A stretch of DNA of 64,000 nt from Pseudogymnoascus verrucosus (lineage: Eukaryota). The stretch lies in the NCBI GenBank assembly GCA_001662655.1, contig KV460227.1; one strand, 5' to 3'. Position numbers and translations under genes: made by a program. Below, piece by piece: positions 61,358 through 64,000 of this stretch (position 1 is its first letter; the number at the start of each line of letters is the position of its first letter). Below the pieces are notes generated by a model. The model saw only the letters and a program-made list of their open reading frames with translations, did no database searches and was not told the DNA's origin.

Positions 61358-64000
61358 ATGACAGAGATGCCTAGTCCACATTTCACCACACGAGATGTTG
61401 CAATGAAAAACAGCTGGAGCCACGGTGACGACCGCAGAGATCGAGTAGATCGAGGAGTGACACGCCCACGCAGATCGCCATCACCCACCGGCCGGAGACG
61501 CGATATCGAAAGGGAGAGGGGGAGGGACCGCGAGAAGGCAAAGGAAGCTAGCTCTCGCTCCGAACGTAGAGCCAGGAGCAGAGACCAGAGCAGAGACAGG
61601 GACCGCAGACGACCAACCTCGAGAGCTAAGCAGGAGGATATTCGAGAACGCAATAAAGGTCGTGAATTACTGGATTCTCGAGGAGCAGGAAAATCAAGGA
61701 GAGAAGGTCAACAAGGCTCGTCAGTTGGGAAGCGCGGTTCGAGTCGCAGTCCGTCGAGGGAAAGAGGCCATCGAAAACGTCGGAGAGAGAGTCGAAGTCG
61801 CGAAAGGCGCCATTCCACATCCAAATCCGTGTCCCGCATCGAAAGCTCTCGCCACATCGAAAGCGCTCGCCACGAGACATCTCCCAGTCGAGTAAACTGG
61901 CCTCGCGATAGGCGTTCATCGATCCAAACGCCTGAGAACGATAAGGGCAAGTCCGCTGCACCAGACAGGGAGGAGCCATCCAGGTCTCCACGCCGAGAGA
62001 CGGTACCATCTGGCAGACCACTCAGTCCCCCAAGAGAATCCGCCGACAGCCGTAATCGAAGTGTCAGTGATCGTGGTAGCACGCATCGCGAGCGACGCCA
62101 CCGTCACCGGTCCCCACACCCAAAGTCATCCGATCAAAATCCACGGAGACACCGCTCGGGATCTCGCGATAACAGGTCACCAAGACCAGACAGACACAAG
62201 TCATCGGGCTCGACGTCACCCAGGCCTTCGAGAGGTCGCTGGGAATCAGGGACGACATCCTCCAGCCTTTCAAGGCGTGGCAGGCCGTCCCGCGACGAAT
62301 ACCGCCCAGATCAGCAAACTGCATCTGGGCCCAATAGCATCGACGTGGAAGATACAAAGATGAATGGACGTGGTGGATATGCGTATGGACCAGGCTACCA
62401 TCATCCAAACCAGATGCAAGCGGCTTTCCCGTTGAAACCTCAGTACAACCAAGGTCCTACAAATCAGTATTCACAGTCGCCACAGCACATATCTCCTAAT
62501 TCATCTTATCACGGATCTCCGCAACAATCACCCTATCCGCCGGCTGGTAGAGGAGGAGGATGGGGTCCTCCTCAAGGACATCAGTATTCTCCACAACAGT
62601 AAGCCCACTTTAATCCAACTATTATTATTGAACAGCACTAACAAATCATTGCAGGCAATATCCTCCAAACTACAATCAAGGCTACCCTCAACCGAATGGC
62701 CCTCAAGGGCCTCCGCAAGGCAAATACTATCCTCCACAAAACCACTCGCCACAGTATCCCGGACCGGGTATGCAACATCAGCCGCCACCACAACAGAACT
62801 ACCGTGGCGGACCTCGAGGGGGATTCCGGGGCGGGTTTAGAGGTCGTGGCGGTGGACACTTCCAGAATCTACACTGGAATGCCAGTCAGCAAGGCGCTGG
62901 TCGGGGCCAAAACAATAGTTCAGGCGACGTAACTCCTCAGCACGCATCCCCAACGGGGCAGCCTTCCCAAGACTCGATTCCTCAAACGGGGCTCGAGGAG
63001 ACGAAACAAGTGGAAGACGTGGAGGAGGAGGATCTCTTCCGCCCATCCAAAGACCTGCAGGTCGAAGATACGTCGAAGAAGACTGATGTCGAAGACGAAA
63101 TGCCTCCACCAGATAGGCCCACACCTACAAGTGCCCAGTCGAACAAGTTTAGCTTTGCTTTCAAGGCATCCCAAAAAGCTGCTCCGGCAACACCGAAGCC
63201 CGAAATATCGCAGAAGCTGGACAAAGTACCTGTACGCGGGCCAACCAAGATAGATCCAGCTCACAATGCGTCTCGTCATATCCCCACTGCCCCTGCCTCA
63301 TCAAGGCGCCATGACTACCGCGACTCTCGTGGCCCTCGCGAGCGAGAAGCTCGTGAGCGAGAAGCTCGTGAACCTCGCGACCACCGCGAACCACGCGATC
63401 GGGATCCACGAGATTTCCGAGAACAGCCTTCTAGGGGGTTCCGAGAGCCCCCTCCATCGAGAGAGTACCGTGAACCTCCAGCGACTCGGGAGTATCGCGA
63501 GCCACTTCCACCCCAAAAACCACCTGCACCTCGGATGGTAAAGAAGATCATGAAGCGGTTAAAAACAAAACCCATTCTCCCAGACGAGTTCAAAACCTCC
63601 GACTCCGTCTACTTCAGGAAACCGGGCAATGAATCTGTCGTAGGTTCTGGGACCTACGGCAAAGTGTTCAAAGCCATCCACGTCTACACAAAGAAGTTGG
63701 TTGCTCTGAAGAAGATCCGCATGGAAGGCGAGAGGGATGGCTTCCCGGTGACAGCTGTGCGAGAGATTAAGCTCTTGCAGTCACTGAAGCACGTCAATGT
63801 CGTCATGCTCCAAGAGGTTATGGTGGAGAAGAATGATTGCTTCATGGTCTTCGAATATCTCTCCCATGACTTGACTGGCCTGCTTAACCACCCAACGTTC
63901 AAACTCAACCCCGCGCAGAAGAAGGACCTTGCAAAGCAGATGTTCGAAGGGCTAGACTACCTCCATCGACGAGGTGTTCTTCATCGAGATATCAAGGCTG
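61358..64000 (+). CDS. CTK1: RNA Pol II CTD kinase alpha subunit Ctk1/CDK12-like, truncated at the window end; intron 62599-62654
   Basis: RS/RE-rich N-terminus; SVYFRKPGNESVVGSGTYGKVFKA; VALKKIRMEGERDGFPVTAVREIKLL; VFEYLSHDLTG; LHRDIKA. Confidence 0.92.

Noticed and set aside
63339..63500. Short repeated units (GAGCGAGAAGCTCGT etc.) resembling an array
   Set aside because: Encode RE/RD-rich low complexity within Ctk1; not CRISPR-like and no repeat-spacer structure

Overview
Eukaryotic, intron-containing DNA from a filamentous ascomycete (Pezizomycotina; short GT-AG introns with CTRAC branch sites; exact taxon cannot be fixed from the window). About 25 protein genes and one spliceosomal snRNA are supported. 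The first ~13 kb is an accessory-looking block: a GPI cell-wall protein, an intronless GH28-like beta-helix hydrolase, a GH43, a CYP52-like P450, a 12-Cys secreted IDI-2-like peptide and an F-box-like protein. The remainder is mostly conserved housekeeping genes: VPS54, MCM5, MAT2B/RmlD-like, ERG20, CDC23, a PH-domain protein, PMP3-like, NRP1-like RNA-binding protein, glycogen synthase, SPC3, HAT2/RBBP4, XRN1, a GNAT and the 5' part of CTK1. Items not visible in the ORF track are a U4 snRNA (minus strand, ~23.26-23.38 kb) with a variant Sm site, a 3-exon PMP3-family gene and the spliced Cys-rich peptide. The most intriguing signals are an in-frame, stop-free 183-nt intron in the RRM of the NRP1-like gene (next to a long G/U-rich 3' flank) and a recurring C-rich-to-G-rich switch along coding strands. 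No intact transposon, tRNA, rRNA or CRISPR array was seen. No clearly new biological system can be proven from sequence alone. All family calls come from motif recognition, not database searches.
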